Shown: piece by piece, positions 19,714 to 29,277 of the stretch | How the letters are laid out: every line of letters starts with the position of its first letter | Numbering within the stretch: the stretch's first letter is position 1 | From: an uncultured delta proteobacterium | GTDB lineage: Bacteria > Desulfobacterota > BSN033 > UBA1163 | Length of the DNA stretch: 64,000 bases | Assembly (NCBI GenBank): GCA_963827685.1 | Contig: CAWHBU010000003.1 | Coordinates: 960,001-1,024,000, forward strand | Reading direction: 5' to 3' | Notes under the pieces: generated by a model | Told to the model about the DNA's origin: nothing | Database searches by the model: none | The model's input: the letters and a program-made list of their open reading frames with translations, nothing else | Position numbers and translations under genes: made by a program

Positions 19714-20362
19714 CCCCTTTCACAGTATGGAGAAGCTTGGGTTCAAAATCCTTGTCAATTTTGCTCCGAAGGTGAGAAACATGAACATCAATGACGTTGG
19801 TGGAAGTGTCGAAATGATAGTCGAAGATTTTTTCAGAAATCATGATCCGGGTGACGATCTCGCCTGGATGTCTCATGAAGAATTCAAGAAGGGCATACTC
19901 TTTGGGAGTGAGTTCGATCTTTGTTTTTTCCCGGAAAACCCGGTGTCCATCGGATTCTAAAATAAGGTTGGCCACTTGTAATCTTGAAGGGAAAGTGACG
20001 GCTTTGCCCCTTCTAAGAATGGCTTGAATCCTGGCCAACAATTCATTGAAAGAGAAAGGTTTAGTCAGGTAATCATCTGCTCCTAAATTTAAGCCTTTAA
20101 CAATATCGTTTTCCGAATCCTTTGCTGTCAAAAATATCACAGGGGTTTGATTATCTATGGATTTCATCCTTTTCAGAACCTCTCTTCCATCCATTTTGGG
20201 AAGCATGATATCGAGGACGATCAGATCGTATTTCATATGGAGGAAAGAGTTTACCCCCTCTTCTCCATCGGTGGCCACCTCCACAGAAAAAGAATTTTCT
20301 AAAAGTCCTTTCTTAACGAATCGAACGATGCCTTTGTCGTCTTCAACCAATAAAATCCTCAT
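19685..20362 (-). CDS. OmpR-family response regulator
   Basis: MRILLVEDD, LDIMLP, GADDYLTKPF, TNVIDVHV, TVKGVGY. Confidence 0.95.
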   Translation of the reverse strand: MRILLVEDDKGIVRFVKKGLLENSFSVEVATDGEEGVNSFLHMKYDLIVLDIMLPKMDGREVLKRMKSIDNQTPVIFLTAKDSENDIVKGLNLGADDYLTKPFSFNELLARIQAILRRGKAVTFPSRLQVANLILESDGHRVFREKTKIELTPKEYALLEFFMRHPGEIVTRIMISEKIFDYHFDTSTNVIDVHVSHLRSKIDKDFEPKLLHTVKGVGYVLEDRG

Positions 20363-20442
20363 CGAATCGTATTCTAACAAATTCCTTTGGGAATTCAAAT
20401 CACTTCTTGAAAATTGCCATCTTATTGCTTATGATGGGAGCC

Positions 20443-22032
20443 ATGAAAAAAAGGGATATTCTTTTGAGTCTTCTTTCAGGTATTCTCCTGATTCTTTCCT
20501 TCCCTCATTTTGATCTCGAATTTTTGGCCTGGTTTGCTTTGGTTCCCCTTTTCTATTCCATAGAGGGAAAAGGACTATACTGTAGTTTTAAACTCGGTTT
20601 CTTGACAGGGATGATCGCTTTTCTCGGAATTCTTTATTGGATCATTGTGGCGGTCCACACTTATGGTAACGTGCCTTTGATCCTGAGTGGTTTAATTCTT
20701 TTACTTTTGGTAGCTTACCTGAGCCTCTTCATAGGTGCCTTTGCATTTCTCACTCGCCTCGTCGTGATGCGCTCTGGTTTCCAGACCATTCTTTTCACCC
20801 CTCTCTTATGGGTTGCCTTAGAATACCTCCGCTCTTTCCTTCTGACAGGTTTCCCCTGGGCGATTTTAGGCTATTCTCAGTACCTCAATCTCCCTTCTAT
20901 CCAGATGGCAGATATCACAGGAGCCTATGGTCTCTCCTTTATCATCCTTCTGGTCAATGCCACGCTTTGGGGGGTGCTTCATCAATGGCCCAAAAAGATC
21001 TTCCCCGTTAAAGAAGTGATCTTCACAGCCCTCATCCTTCTGGGCTTTCTGATTTACGGATACATGAAGATGGGAGTTGTTGACCGGCAAATGATCCAGA
21101 ATCCTCCCTTGAAAATTGGATTGGTTCAAGGGAATATCGATCAGTCCATAAAATGGGACAAATCTTTTCAGATAGAGACCTTAAAGATCTACGAGAAGCT
21201 TTCCTTCAGGGTGGCAGAGGAGAAACCGGATCTTATTATCTGGCCTGAAACAGCCACTCCTTTCTTTTTCCAGGACGCCATGGAATACCAACCCTTTGTC
21301 CTGGATATTCCCAAGAAGACAAATGCCTTTCTGCTCTTCGGAACCCCTTCTTATAAAACCCAGAAAGAGAAAGTGAACCATTATAACAGTGCTTACCTGG
21401 TCTCTCCTTCGGGGGACCTGGTGGGAAAGTATGACAAAATCCACCTCGTCCCTTTTGGTGAGTATGTCCCCCTGCAAGATCTTCTTTTCTTCATCGGATC
21501 CTTGGGGGAAGGGATTGGAGACTTTAAGTCTGGAAACGAGATCTTCAATTTCTCCCTGCCTCAAGGTAAATTTGGCGTTCTCATCTGCTTTGAAATCATC
21601 TTTCCAGATCTCTGTCGAAGATTCGTCAAAAAGGGTGCAAACTTTCTGGTGACGATCACGAACGACGCCTGGTTCGGGAGAACCTCTGCTCCTTACCAGC
21701 ATTTCTCCATGGCCACATTCAGGGCCGTCGAGAATCGCGTCTTCGTTGCCAGAGCGGCCAATACGGGAATCACCGGATTCATCGATCCAAAAGGAAAGAT
21801 TATGAAACAGGGAGGGATCTTCACAGAGGAGACGATCAACGGAATGATCCGGCTATCGAATCAAAAAACCTTCTATACCCTCTATGGAGATATCTTCGCT
21901 TGGGTGTGCTCGGCCCTCTCCATCCTCCTTTTAGTCAATGCCCTAATCCAAAAGACTAAAAAACATGAATCAGGGAGAATTCGAAAACCGCGAAAAGTAA
22001 ATGATAGTGCGACACATTGCCGCGGTGGCTGA
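20443..22032 (+). CDS. lnt: Apolipoprotein N-acyltransferase
   Basis: GFPW, QGNI, WPETA, YDKIHLVPFGEY, ICFEI, TNDAWFG, RAVENR. Confidence 0.97.
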   Translation: MKKRDILLSLLSGILLILSFPHFDLEFLAWFALVPLFYSIEGKGLYCSFKLGFLTGMIAFLGILYWIIVAVHTYGNVPLILSGLILLLLVAYLSLFIGAFAFLTRLVVMRSGFQTILFTPLLWVALEYLRSFLLTGFPWAILGYSQYLNLPSIQMADITGAYGLSFIILLVNATLWGVLHQWPKKIFPVKEVIFTALILLGFLIYGYMKMGVVDRQMIQNPPLKIGLVQGNIDQSIKWDKSFQIETLKIYEKLSFRVAEEKPDLIIWPETATPFFFQDAMEYQPFVLDIPKKTNAFLLFGTPSYKTQKEKVNHYNSAYLVSPSGDLVGKYDKIHLVPFGEYVPLQDLLFFIGSLGEGIGDFKSGNEIFNFSLPQGKFGVLICFEIIFPDLCRRFVKKGANFLVTITNDAWFGRTSAPYQHFSMATFRAVENRVFVARAANTGITGFIDPKGKIMKQGGIFTEETINGMIRLSNQKTFYTLYGDIFAWVCSALSILLLVNALIQKTKKHESGRIRKPRKVNDSATHCRGG

Positions 22033-22112
22033 TCGGGGGAATAATTGAGGAAACACTATCTCCAAGTACCCATGCTCAGTCCTTTTGCATCAGAGATCTC
22101 GCTCGGATTCAA

Positions 22113-22478
22113 TTAGCCGTTGAGAAGTTGTTCGAGCTTCCGGCGATCTTCCTCTACCATCTGGATAATTTGTAACCCGTATTGATATCCCTTAGAGCCG
22201 TTATACGAACGAAGATCTTTCCTGACGATTTGGGTTAATACTTCCAGATTAGTTAATTCGAATCCCTTGGTGAACAGGAGGACGATATTCAATTTTAGGC
22301 CGACAGGCATGTCCTCGACAGAATGAATCAGGAAGCCTCCCTCGCTCGCATCGACCACGACCCCTCCATGGGCATGGGGAAGTTCCTTCACCCGATATTC
22401 AAAGGGCAGGTTCAGGAGTGACCGGAGATACCTCCGTCTTTCTTTAGTATCATTGGGACTTTCCATCGAATCCTCCAC
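22113..22478 (-). CDS. PilZ domain protein
   Basis: ERRRYLR (RxxxR) and DASEGG (DxSxxG). Confidence 0.85.
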   Translation of the reverse strand: MEDSMESPNDTKERRRYLRSLLNLPFEYRVKELPHAHGGVVVDASEGGFLIHSVEDMPVGLKLNIVLLFTKGFELTNLEVLTQIVRKDLRSYNGSKGYQYGLQIIQMVEEDRRKLEQLLNG

Positions 22479-22519
22479 ACCGCCGTTTATTTAAAGGGTG
22501 GGATGAATCCTCCCGGCGC

Positions 22520-23410
22520 TTATTTCTCACCCACCATCGTTTTTTTGAGACGCTCCTCGGGAGAAGGATAACGGACGATATTTCTTCTCTCAATGGGTAA
22601 GATGAGAGAGATAAAGGTCATCGGTTTATCGTCGTAGACCTTATATCTCATCATCCCCTTATTCTTCTCGATAATCTCTTTCGCCAACTTTAAAATCAAT
22701 TCAACCGCCTCTTCTTCTTGATGAGCGGTTGCCATTCCGGGAATAATTCCGATCTCTTCACCCGCCTTTTCGTAACCTGCAGAAACAACCAGAATTTCCA
22801 GGTACCTTCCATCCTTTTGTAATTGGCCAATCTCTCTACCCTTCAATGCCTCCATATCGAATATTCTTGTCAAAAATCCGATGCTCCCCTCAGGAGGAAT
22901 GGAGATGAGGGTGTATTGAATGACGGAGTTTAAAATATATCTCAACTGCTCATCGGGAAGAACCGTTTCTGGAAGGTCCTTTTCAAACTGTTTCTTAATG
23001 ATTCTAATTCTTTTCTCTCCAAATTGGCTTTCATGCTTTCTGATCACTTCCTCAACAAGGGTATTCACCGTATCACTTTTGACCATGGGGGTGCTGAAAT
23101 TGATATAATCATTAAAACAGTCTATCAATGAAATCGTCTTACCGATATCTTCGTTCACAATTTTATAAAAATGCTCTCCTAATTCCCGATCCCTGAAATT
23201 CTCTCGCGAAAGAAATGCAAAGGCTTGCATGGCGGAGAGACTGGCTTTAATGCGATTGAACAGTTCAACAAAATAGATAGGCAGGGAAAGTCCGTTTTTT
23301 CGAATAGAAGGCTTTTCCCCTTTGGAGGTGGATCCTTCGGTCCCTTCTTTGTTTAGAAGAGAGGACAATAGATTCTTATCATCCTCTGTGATAAAAAAAC
23401 TATTTTCCAT
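22520..23410 (-). CDS. Degenerate histidine-kinase-like protein
   Basis: HisKA/HATPase-like layout (VNTLVEEV, DLPETVLPDEQLRYILNSVI, KEIIEKNKG) without the phospho-His or G-boxes. Confidence 0.6.
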   Translation of the reverse strand: MENSFFITEDDKNLLSSLLNKEGTEGSTSKGEKPSIRKNGLSLPIYFVELFNRIKASLSAMQAFAFLSRENFRDRELGEHFYKIVNEDIGKTISLIDCFNDYINFSTPMVKSDTVNTLVEEVIRKHESQFGEKRIRIIKKQFEKDLPETVLPDEQLRYILNSVIQYTLISIPPEGSIGFLTRIFDMEALKGREIGQLQKDGRYLEILVVSAGYEKAGEEIGIIPGMATAHQEEEAVELILKLAKEIIEKNKGMMRYKVYDDKPMTFISLILPIERRNIVRYPSPEERLKKTMVGEK

Positions 23411-23425
23411 CGAGGTGTTAAATTG

Positions 23426-23533
23426 TGCATATTTGATGCCAAGTTGTGGAAACTACTGTAACTTACTATTAACCCCTCACTTTTCAAAAACCCGATATTA
23501 TTAGCAAAAAGAAAAAGTGACAAATTTTGTCAC
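23426..23533 (-). promoter_or_regulatory. sigma54 promoter plus upstream palindromic activator site
   Basis: Minus-strand TTGGCATcaaatATGCA (23442-23426); perfect palindrome GTGACAAAtTTTGTCAC at 23517-33. Confidence 0.6.
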
Positions 23534-23791
23534 CAAAGTTTAAAATTCTTGGCGCTCCCGATGTAGCTCCACGGGCAGGTCCGTGGTACCACTCCAAACG
23601 CCCCTCCCCGTCACCTGTCCTTTAAACTTAATCTCTGCTCTTCTGCAATCAGCAAAAAATCAAGACTCGGCAGGAAAAAAAATTGATCTCTTGCTATATT
23701 CTTGGTAGATTAGATTGGGCCTTCGACCGAGCTCTCGGGGGGGGGCCTCTTGGTGTCGGGATCGAATATCTGAAGAAAGGGTGAGAAAACG

Positions 23792-24367
23792 ATGAAGGTT
23801 GTGGCATTCAACGGTAGTTCACGGAAAGATGGTAACACCGCTATCCTTTTGAATCTGGTGCTGGATGAACTGAAAAAAGAAGGGATCGAGACAGAGCTGA
23901 TTCAGTTGGCCGGCGAAACTCTATCCGGCTGTATCGCCTGCTACAAATGCGCAGAAAATAAGGATCAGAAATGTGCGGTGGTAAAAGATCGGGCCAATGA
24001 ATATATCGCCAAGATGAAGGAGGCCCAGGGAATTCTTCTCGGTTCACCCACTTATATTTCGGATATGACGGCCAATATGAAGGCCCTCATCGAGAGGAGC
24101 GCGATCGTCTCTCGAAACAACGGAGACCTGTTCAAACGAAAGGTGGGAGCGGGCGTTATTGCTGTCCGTCGTGCGGGTTCCACCCATGTCCTCAGTTCAA
24201 TAAACTATTTTTTCTTGATCAACCAGATGATGATCCCGGGGTCCAGCTACTGGAATGTGGGCATCGGTCGAAACCCCGGAGAAGTGAAAAACGACGCGGA
24301 AGGCATCCAGACCATGAAGACGCTTGGCCAGAACATGGCCTGGCTCCTCAAAAAAATTTACACCTGA
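23792..24367 (+). CDS. Iron-sulfur flavoprotein (flavodoxin/FMN reductase family)
   Basis: NGSSRKDGNT, CIACYKC...C, GSPTY. Confidence 0.9.
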   Translation: MKVVAFNGSSRKDGNTAILLNLVLDELKKEGIETELIQLAGETLSGCIACYKCAENKDQKCAVVKDRANEYIAKMKEAQGILLGSPTYISDMTANMKALIERSAIVSRNNGDLFKRKVGAGVIAVRRAGSTHVLSSINYFFLINQMMIPGSSYWNVGIGRNPGEVKNDAEGIQTMKTLGQNMAWLLKKIYT

Positions 24368-24432
24368 GCGATCGGCCATCTCCCCAAAGGGCCGCTATCC
24401 CTTTCCCTCGATACCTGCACCCATCATTTGTC

Positions 24433-25590
24433 TTAGAAATGATCGTCGTGGTCTTCGCTTAACAGATCATCTATTTGGAAACCCCTACTACGTCCCCATG
24501 CACTGGTCTGCCAGTTGTCGATGCGACTGGCTTTGGGATTCCAGGGTGGAATGGTGATATGCAGGTAGTTGGAAAGGGAATAGACATAAGGTTCATACAT
24601 CCCGCGAAGCTCTGAAAATTTTTGATCGACAACATTTCCCTCACGGAGCTTTAGTCCGGCTTCTCTCAGTATGGTGCGCATACGGGCCAGCTCATCCGAC
24701 GGGAGGCGGTCGTGTTTCAGTTTATGGGGAGGACAGTCGAAGACTTGAGCGAGGTCAACGACGGCATGTCGCGTGATCGCAAATGTCAGCTGGGCTTGAC
24801 GCTCACAGGAACCTTCGAAGCTGACAACGACAAAAGCGCTTGCATCCAGGATCGCCGTGAGGGCTCCCAGCCAGGATTGATTATCATGGTGAGAACGAAA
24901 ATAGGCAAGTACCGGATAGGAGAGATGGCTTTCGAGTAAATCCGCAGACCACCGTTCCCACTCATGAAAGAGTTGCCGAAGCTCCTCCATTCCTCGGTCA
25001 TGACAGTGCCGGCGTAACATCTCCGTGGCAGTAGGTGGAGAACCTGCCCGCGCGTCAAGGAGCGAAATGTTCACTTCCCGTCGGGCAAAAGACTGATTCA
25101 GCACAGGGAGGTAACCAATGACAAGGGCCAGGAAGCCAAAACCCACTCCCGCCTCAAATGCGACAAGCCCCCTGCCAAAGGTCGTAACGGGCACAACATC
25201 TCCCATCCCAAGGGTGAAGAAGGTGGTGCCACTCAGGTAAAGATAAGTACCGAAGCTGACCGTCCCATACGGAGATTTGATGATGGAGCCCGATGCCCAG
25301 TGAACGAGTCCAAAACCAATGATCAGGCAGGTGGCCCAAAGGATCAACAAAAGAAGCAATGAAAGGGGACCGTACCAGCTTAAAAAAGCCTCCTGACGTT
25401 TACCTTTAAAGATGGAACGAACCGCTCCTGACCAGGAAAACCAGGCATATTGATAAAAAAGGCGGGCAAGACTGATCGACCGTGTCACCCGGCGGGGCAG
25501 TACGATCGTCTCAAAAGCGTCCCCTAAAACGATAAGGATAAGAGCCACACCAACCACAGCGGATAGGATTGGCATATGACCTCCATGCAA
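24433..25590 (-). CDS. Potassium-channel-family (Ion_trans_2) protein
   Basis: Pore helix and filter YLSGTTFFTLGMGDVVP. Confidence 0.8.
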   Translation of the reverse strand: MHGGHMPILSAVVGVALILIVLGDAFETIVLPRRVTRSISLARLFYQYAWFSWSGAVRSIFKGKRQEAFLSWYGPLSLLLLLILWATCLIIGFGLVHWASGSIIKSPYGTVSFGTYLYLSGTTFFTLGMGDVVPVTTFGRGLVAFEAGVGFGFLALVIGYLPVLNQSFARREVNISLLDARAGSPPTATEMLRRHCHDRGMEELRQLFHEWERWSADLLESHLSYPVLAYFRSHHDNQSWLGALTAILDASAFVVVSFEGSCERQAQLTFAITRHAVVDLAQVFDCPPHKLKHDRLPSDELARMRTILREAGLKLREGNVVDQKFSELRGMYEPYVYSLSNYLHITIPPWNPKASRIDNWQTSAWGRSRGFQIDDLLSEDHDDHF

Positions 25591-25705
25591 ACTCTTTTGT
25601 AGAGAATAGGCCCCGCTTTGCCAAAAACTCTGCCATTCTCAAAAAGAATGGGGTCGGGGGTTTTTTCGTCCAGATGTGCTTTTCGTGACTGAGCGGAATA
25701 ACCAT

Positions 25706-27298
25706 CTATCTGAAATCAAGCAAGGCAGCTCCTTGAATCATTTTCCCTCTATCCAAGGCACCTTTGATCGAGCTGATGTGAAGCCGAAGGGATAAGTCCT
25801 GGGGATAAATTTCTTGGGCCACCTGGAATTTTGATAAAGCGGCTTCAAAACGGCCGGCCTTGAAAAGCTCGATCCCTTCTTCGATGAACGGTTCGACTCG
25901 GTTCTTGAGATGTTGCACTTCTGGCGGGTCTTGATCGTATACCTCGATAATAGATACCGGCGCTGAACAGCCCTTCAGAGAAGCCTCGCCGAGTTTCCGC
26001 AATTGGTGACGATGTCCCTTTGGAAGCTGATGGACGACCTGATCCGTAATAAGCATATCGACGCCCAATGATCTTGTGACTTCTTCGAGGCGCTTGGCCA
26101 AGTTAACAGTCAAGCCCAAGACGGTAGAGTCCATCCGATCAGAGCCCCCGATGGTTCCCAGGATGACCGGGCCGGTATGGAGGCCGATGCCGATCTGAAC
26201 CGCATGGTCCGTGGGTCGGCCTTCCTCGCTATTGAAAGAGGCAACGGTAGTCAGCATCTTCGCACCACACGTCACAGCCCTTTCGGCGGAGTCGACGCCT
26301 TCGAAAATACATAGGACGGCATCGCCGAGGAATTTATCGATCACTCCCTGCTCTTCGTCGACCACATGGGTAATCCGCTCGTAAAGTCGGTTCACAAAGG
26401 CGATCAATTGACTCGGGGTGAGACGCTCGGACAAAGCAGTAAAACCTCTGATGTCGCAACAAACGATTGTCACCCACTGTTGATCCGCCTCACCCAAACG
26501 TATCGTCCCCAACCCTTTGCTGGCGATACGGCGAAGATAAGCGGGAGGAACGAACCGCTCAAACATATTCTTCGCCTCGCGAATCGCTTTCTCTAAGGAA
26601 CGAAAATGGAGGGCAACGGCAATGGTCAAAAAGATCGAGAGCCAGACGGAGGCAAACCACAGAATGCGCTCCTCTGTTAGGAAGGTCACTCCTGCGGCGA
26701 GCAGCGAATCGTGAAGCCCTCCCAAAAGCCAAACCAGTAGCCCGATGATGACAGGAATCGAAACCCGCTTCCGCTCCTTGAAACGCATCGGTCTTGCGAT
26801 GATGAGTGAGACGTATAAAATACAAGCGCCCAGACAGAAAGATTGAATGAGGACTTTAAGGAGTCTGGACTGGGGCCTCCAGAAATCGAACGAGATAGGG
26901 TCGGGCTCCAGAGGAAGCCCGAAAAACAAGGGTCCTTTACCCAAAAGGGCGGCAACGGCGAGCATGAGACTTATTCCGGTCATTACCCAAGTGAGCAGGC
27001 TTGGCCTTTCATGAAAGAGCTCTAAGAAGAACCAGAACCAAGTGGCCGGCAAAAGAGCTAATGCGGCGTAAAGGATTCTGTACCCGATGAGGACGGATTC
27101 CGGTGATCGTTGAAGTCCCCAGAAAACCCATCCTAAGAAGGAGAAGGTTATGAAAACATAAAAGAAAAACAGACTCCACAGCGGCCGATAACGGTAGTAA
27201 ACGATCGAGATGACCAAACACATAATGGCGAGGATGGCATTAGCGGTTAACGCGCAAAGAGGACCAATGCTTAAATGGGGGATGAAATCGGGCAGCAT
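25706..27298 (-). CDS. Membrane-bound class III adenylate/guanylate cyclase
   Basis: About 7 TM; DIRGFT, DKFLGDA, GIGLHTG, VNLAKRLE; C-terminal TPR-like helix pair. Confidence 0.92.
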   Translation of the reverse strand: MLPDFIPHLSIGPLCALTANAILAIMCLVISIVYYRYRPLWSLFFFYVFITFSFLGWVFWGLQRSPESVLIGYRILYAALALLPATWFWFFLELFHERPSLLTWVMTGISLMLAVAALLGKGPLFFGLPLEPDPISFDFWRPQSRLLKVLIQSFCLGACILYVSLIIARPMRFKERKRVSIPVIIGLLVWLLGGLHDSLLAAGVTFLTEERILWFASVWLSIFLTIAVALHFRSLEKAIREAKNMFERFVPPAYLRRIASKGLGTIRLGEADQQWVTIVCCDIRGFTALSERLTPSQLIAFVNRLYERITHVVDEEQGVIDKFLGDAVLCIFEGVDSAERAVTCGAKMLTTVASFNSEEGRPTDHAVQIGIGLHTGPVILGTIGGSDRMDSTVLGLTVNLAKRLEEVTRSLGVDMLITDQVVHQLPKGHRHQLRKLGEASLKGCSAPVSIIEVYDQDPPEVQHLKNRVEPFIEEGIELFKAGRFEAALSKFQVAQEIYPQDLSLRLHISSIKGALDRGKMIQGAALLDFR

Positions 27299-27399
27299 GT
27301 CGGAGTCTCCCGATGGTGAAAAAGTCTATTCGTTCAGTTCAATACAAGTCTACTAAATTGAGTTGGGAGGGTCAATAAGAAATCTATCCCTTAGAAATC

Positions 27400-27616
27400 T
27401 ATCCCTAAATCCCGATTTAGGAAATTGTCATTGCGAGTAAAACGAAGCAATCTCGTCTTTTTCAGTGAGATTGCCACGCCTGCGTGCCGGAACGTTTGGC
27501 TGCACATATCTGCTTCAACAAAGGCAAGCACTTCGGCGTGCAGGCACGCACCTTTCGGGTGCTCGCAATAACTGGATAGGGAAAGGGTTTTATTCTATAA
27601 ATCGGAATTTGGGCTA
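27400..27616 (-). mobile_element. MITE-like composite repeat, copy A
   Basis: TIRs close to CCCAAATTCCGATTTA; interior near-identical (inverted) to 38085-38336. Confidence 0.8.
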
Positions 27617-27749
27617 TCCTTGCCCGCCCGCAGTTCTTGCGGTTGGCCAACGATTTGAGAAGAATCCTGTCTGGGTGAGCCGTTCGGGGAGGCTTCAGGG
27701 TCGGGAAAAGGAAGAACTGGGCTGGACGAAAAAATCTATCTCGGATGCT

Positions 27750-28853
27750 TCATATAAACGTGATAACTACGATCTCCGGTTTTGTATCAATGCGCATGGG
27801 AGGCCCCCAGGTACCCGCCCCGCTGGAGGTATGAACTAAGAGATTGCCAAACCATTTTAGTCCGTAGTCATAACCTCGGTAGACCTTTGAGGTGATCAAT
27901 CGGAAAAGGAAAACCTGACCCTGGTGAGTATGACCTGAAAGCTGGAGCGAGATTCCCTGCTCTCTGGCCACCTGCAAATTGAGAGGGGCGTGTTTCAATA
28001 AAATGCTGGGCTTATGAGGGTCAATTCCCATCCTCTGTAAAATCGTTCTGAAATCCCCTTCCCTTCTCGAATCCCTGTAATCCACTCCAATGATCTGCAG
28101 ACCATCCAGCTCAACCTTTTCGTTGTACAAGACTCGTATCCCAGCACGACGAACCGCTTGGAGGTATGGGGTACTGTCAGAAAACTCTTCATGATTCCCG
28201 GTAATAAAATACGTACCATAAGGAGCGGAGATTTTCGAAAAAGGTTCGATCGTCTTATCCAGATCGACTGCGACACCGTCATAGAGATCGCCGCCAATGA
28301 AAACAATGTCCGGACGTAAGTTCTGAACCATATTGGCAAGATGCCGGGCAAAACCATAGTTTCTTACCTGACCTAAATGCGTGTCGCTCACCCAGACAGC
28401 GGTTTTTCCTTTCCATTGGTCCGGTAAATGAGGGATCTCAACACTGATTCGTGTCATACGAATCGTGCCCGCATTGATGAATCCGTAAAGGCTTGCCACC
28501 AAAGCTATCCCGATCAAGATCTCGATCAATATTTTTTGATCCAAGGGAAGGTGAACTAATTTTGCCAAACCGTAGAAGATCCAGCAAAGCGTGGATGTGA
28601 GAATAAAAAGATAAAGAATCCCTAACCAGGATGCCGCAGCCGTGTAAAGGCATCGGACCAAAAGGTTGGAATAACGGAAAGCGAGAAAGGAGGTCAGGAC
28701 AAGACTCACGGATAGCAGACCCAGGACAACTTTCAAGGTCAGAAGCTTTGCAGGACTGGCCACTCCTAAAAAGCGCACCAGGGTTCTGTATAAAAACCAG
28801 TGTCCCAAAAAGAGGATCGATTGAACAATACTGATGAAGAGGACAAAGCGCAT
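27750..28853 (-). CDS. Membrane-anchored metallophosphoesterase (YkuE-like)
   Basis: SDTH, GGDLYD, GNHE, HAP, LSGHTHQGQ. Confidence 0.93.
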   Translation of the reverse strand: MRFVLFISIVQSILFLGHWFLYRTLVRFLGVASPAKLLTLKVVLGLLSVSLVLTSFLAFRYSNLLVRCLYTAAASWLGILYLFILTSTLCWIFYGLAKLVHLPLDQKILIEILIGIALVASLYGFINAGTIRMTRISVEIPHLPDQWKGKTAVWVSDTHLGQVRNYGFARHLANMVQNLRPDIVFIGGDLYDGVAVDLDKTIEPFSKISAPYGTYFITGNHEEFSDSTPYLQAVRRAGIRVLYNEKVELDGLQIIGVDYRDSRREGDFRTILQRMGIDPHKPSILLKHAPLNLQVAREQGISLQLSGHTHQGQVFLFRLITSKVYRGYDYGLKWFGNLLVHTSSGAGTWGPPMRIDTKPEIVVITFI

Positions 28854-28937
28854 AAAAGTCTAAGCATTATAATGGATAGAACTCTGATTCGCCATCGATT
28901 CACCCCTTACGAAGTCCTCGAAGCGACTTCGGGACCC

Positions 28938-29161
28938 TAATGCCTCACTCTCCCGTGCAAAATTGACGACATCCGGCGAGGATGCCGGAGAAAATATTAT
29001 GGCGGCAACCTCAGCTTGTAGGCCAGCTAAAAGAATTCCAGAACAGCAAGGAGACCCGATGATGCTCCTGAATGTTACCCCATTAAACGTCTGCCTGATA
29101 AGATTTTCGGAGGCATCCTTGACGGATGGTCGGATTTCACCCCCGCTTCAGTGAGGCATTA
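28938..29161. mobile_element. 224-bp IS4-like MITE
   Basis: Perfect 12-bp TIR TAATGCCTCACT / AGTGAGGCATTA; flanking 10-bp direct repeat (t/a)TCGGGACCC. Confidence 0.8.
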
Positions 29162-29277
29162 ATCGGGACCCTCACCAGCTTGAACTGTCTTGTCCTTGAC
29201 AATCTTCCCTTAATATATCACGCTTGTCTTAAGCAGTGATTATCAGCATACTCATTTTGTGAGCCCCGCGAGGTTAT

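Noticed and set aside
27462-27839. ORFs over the MITE (also 38125-38416)
   Set aside because: Translations of repeat DNA; shared peptide reflects the repeat
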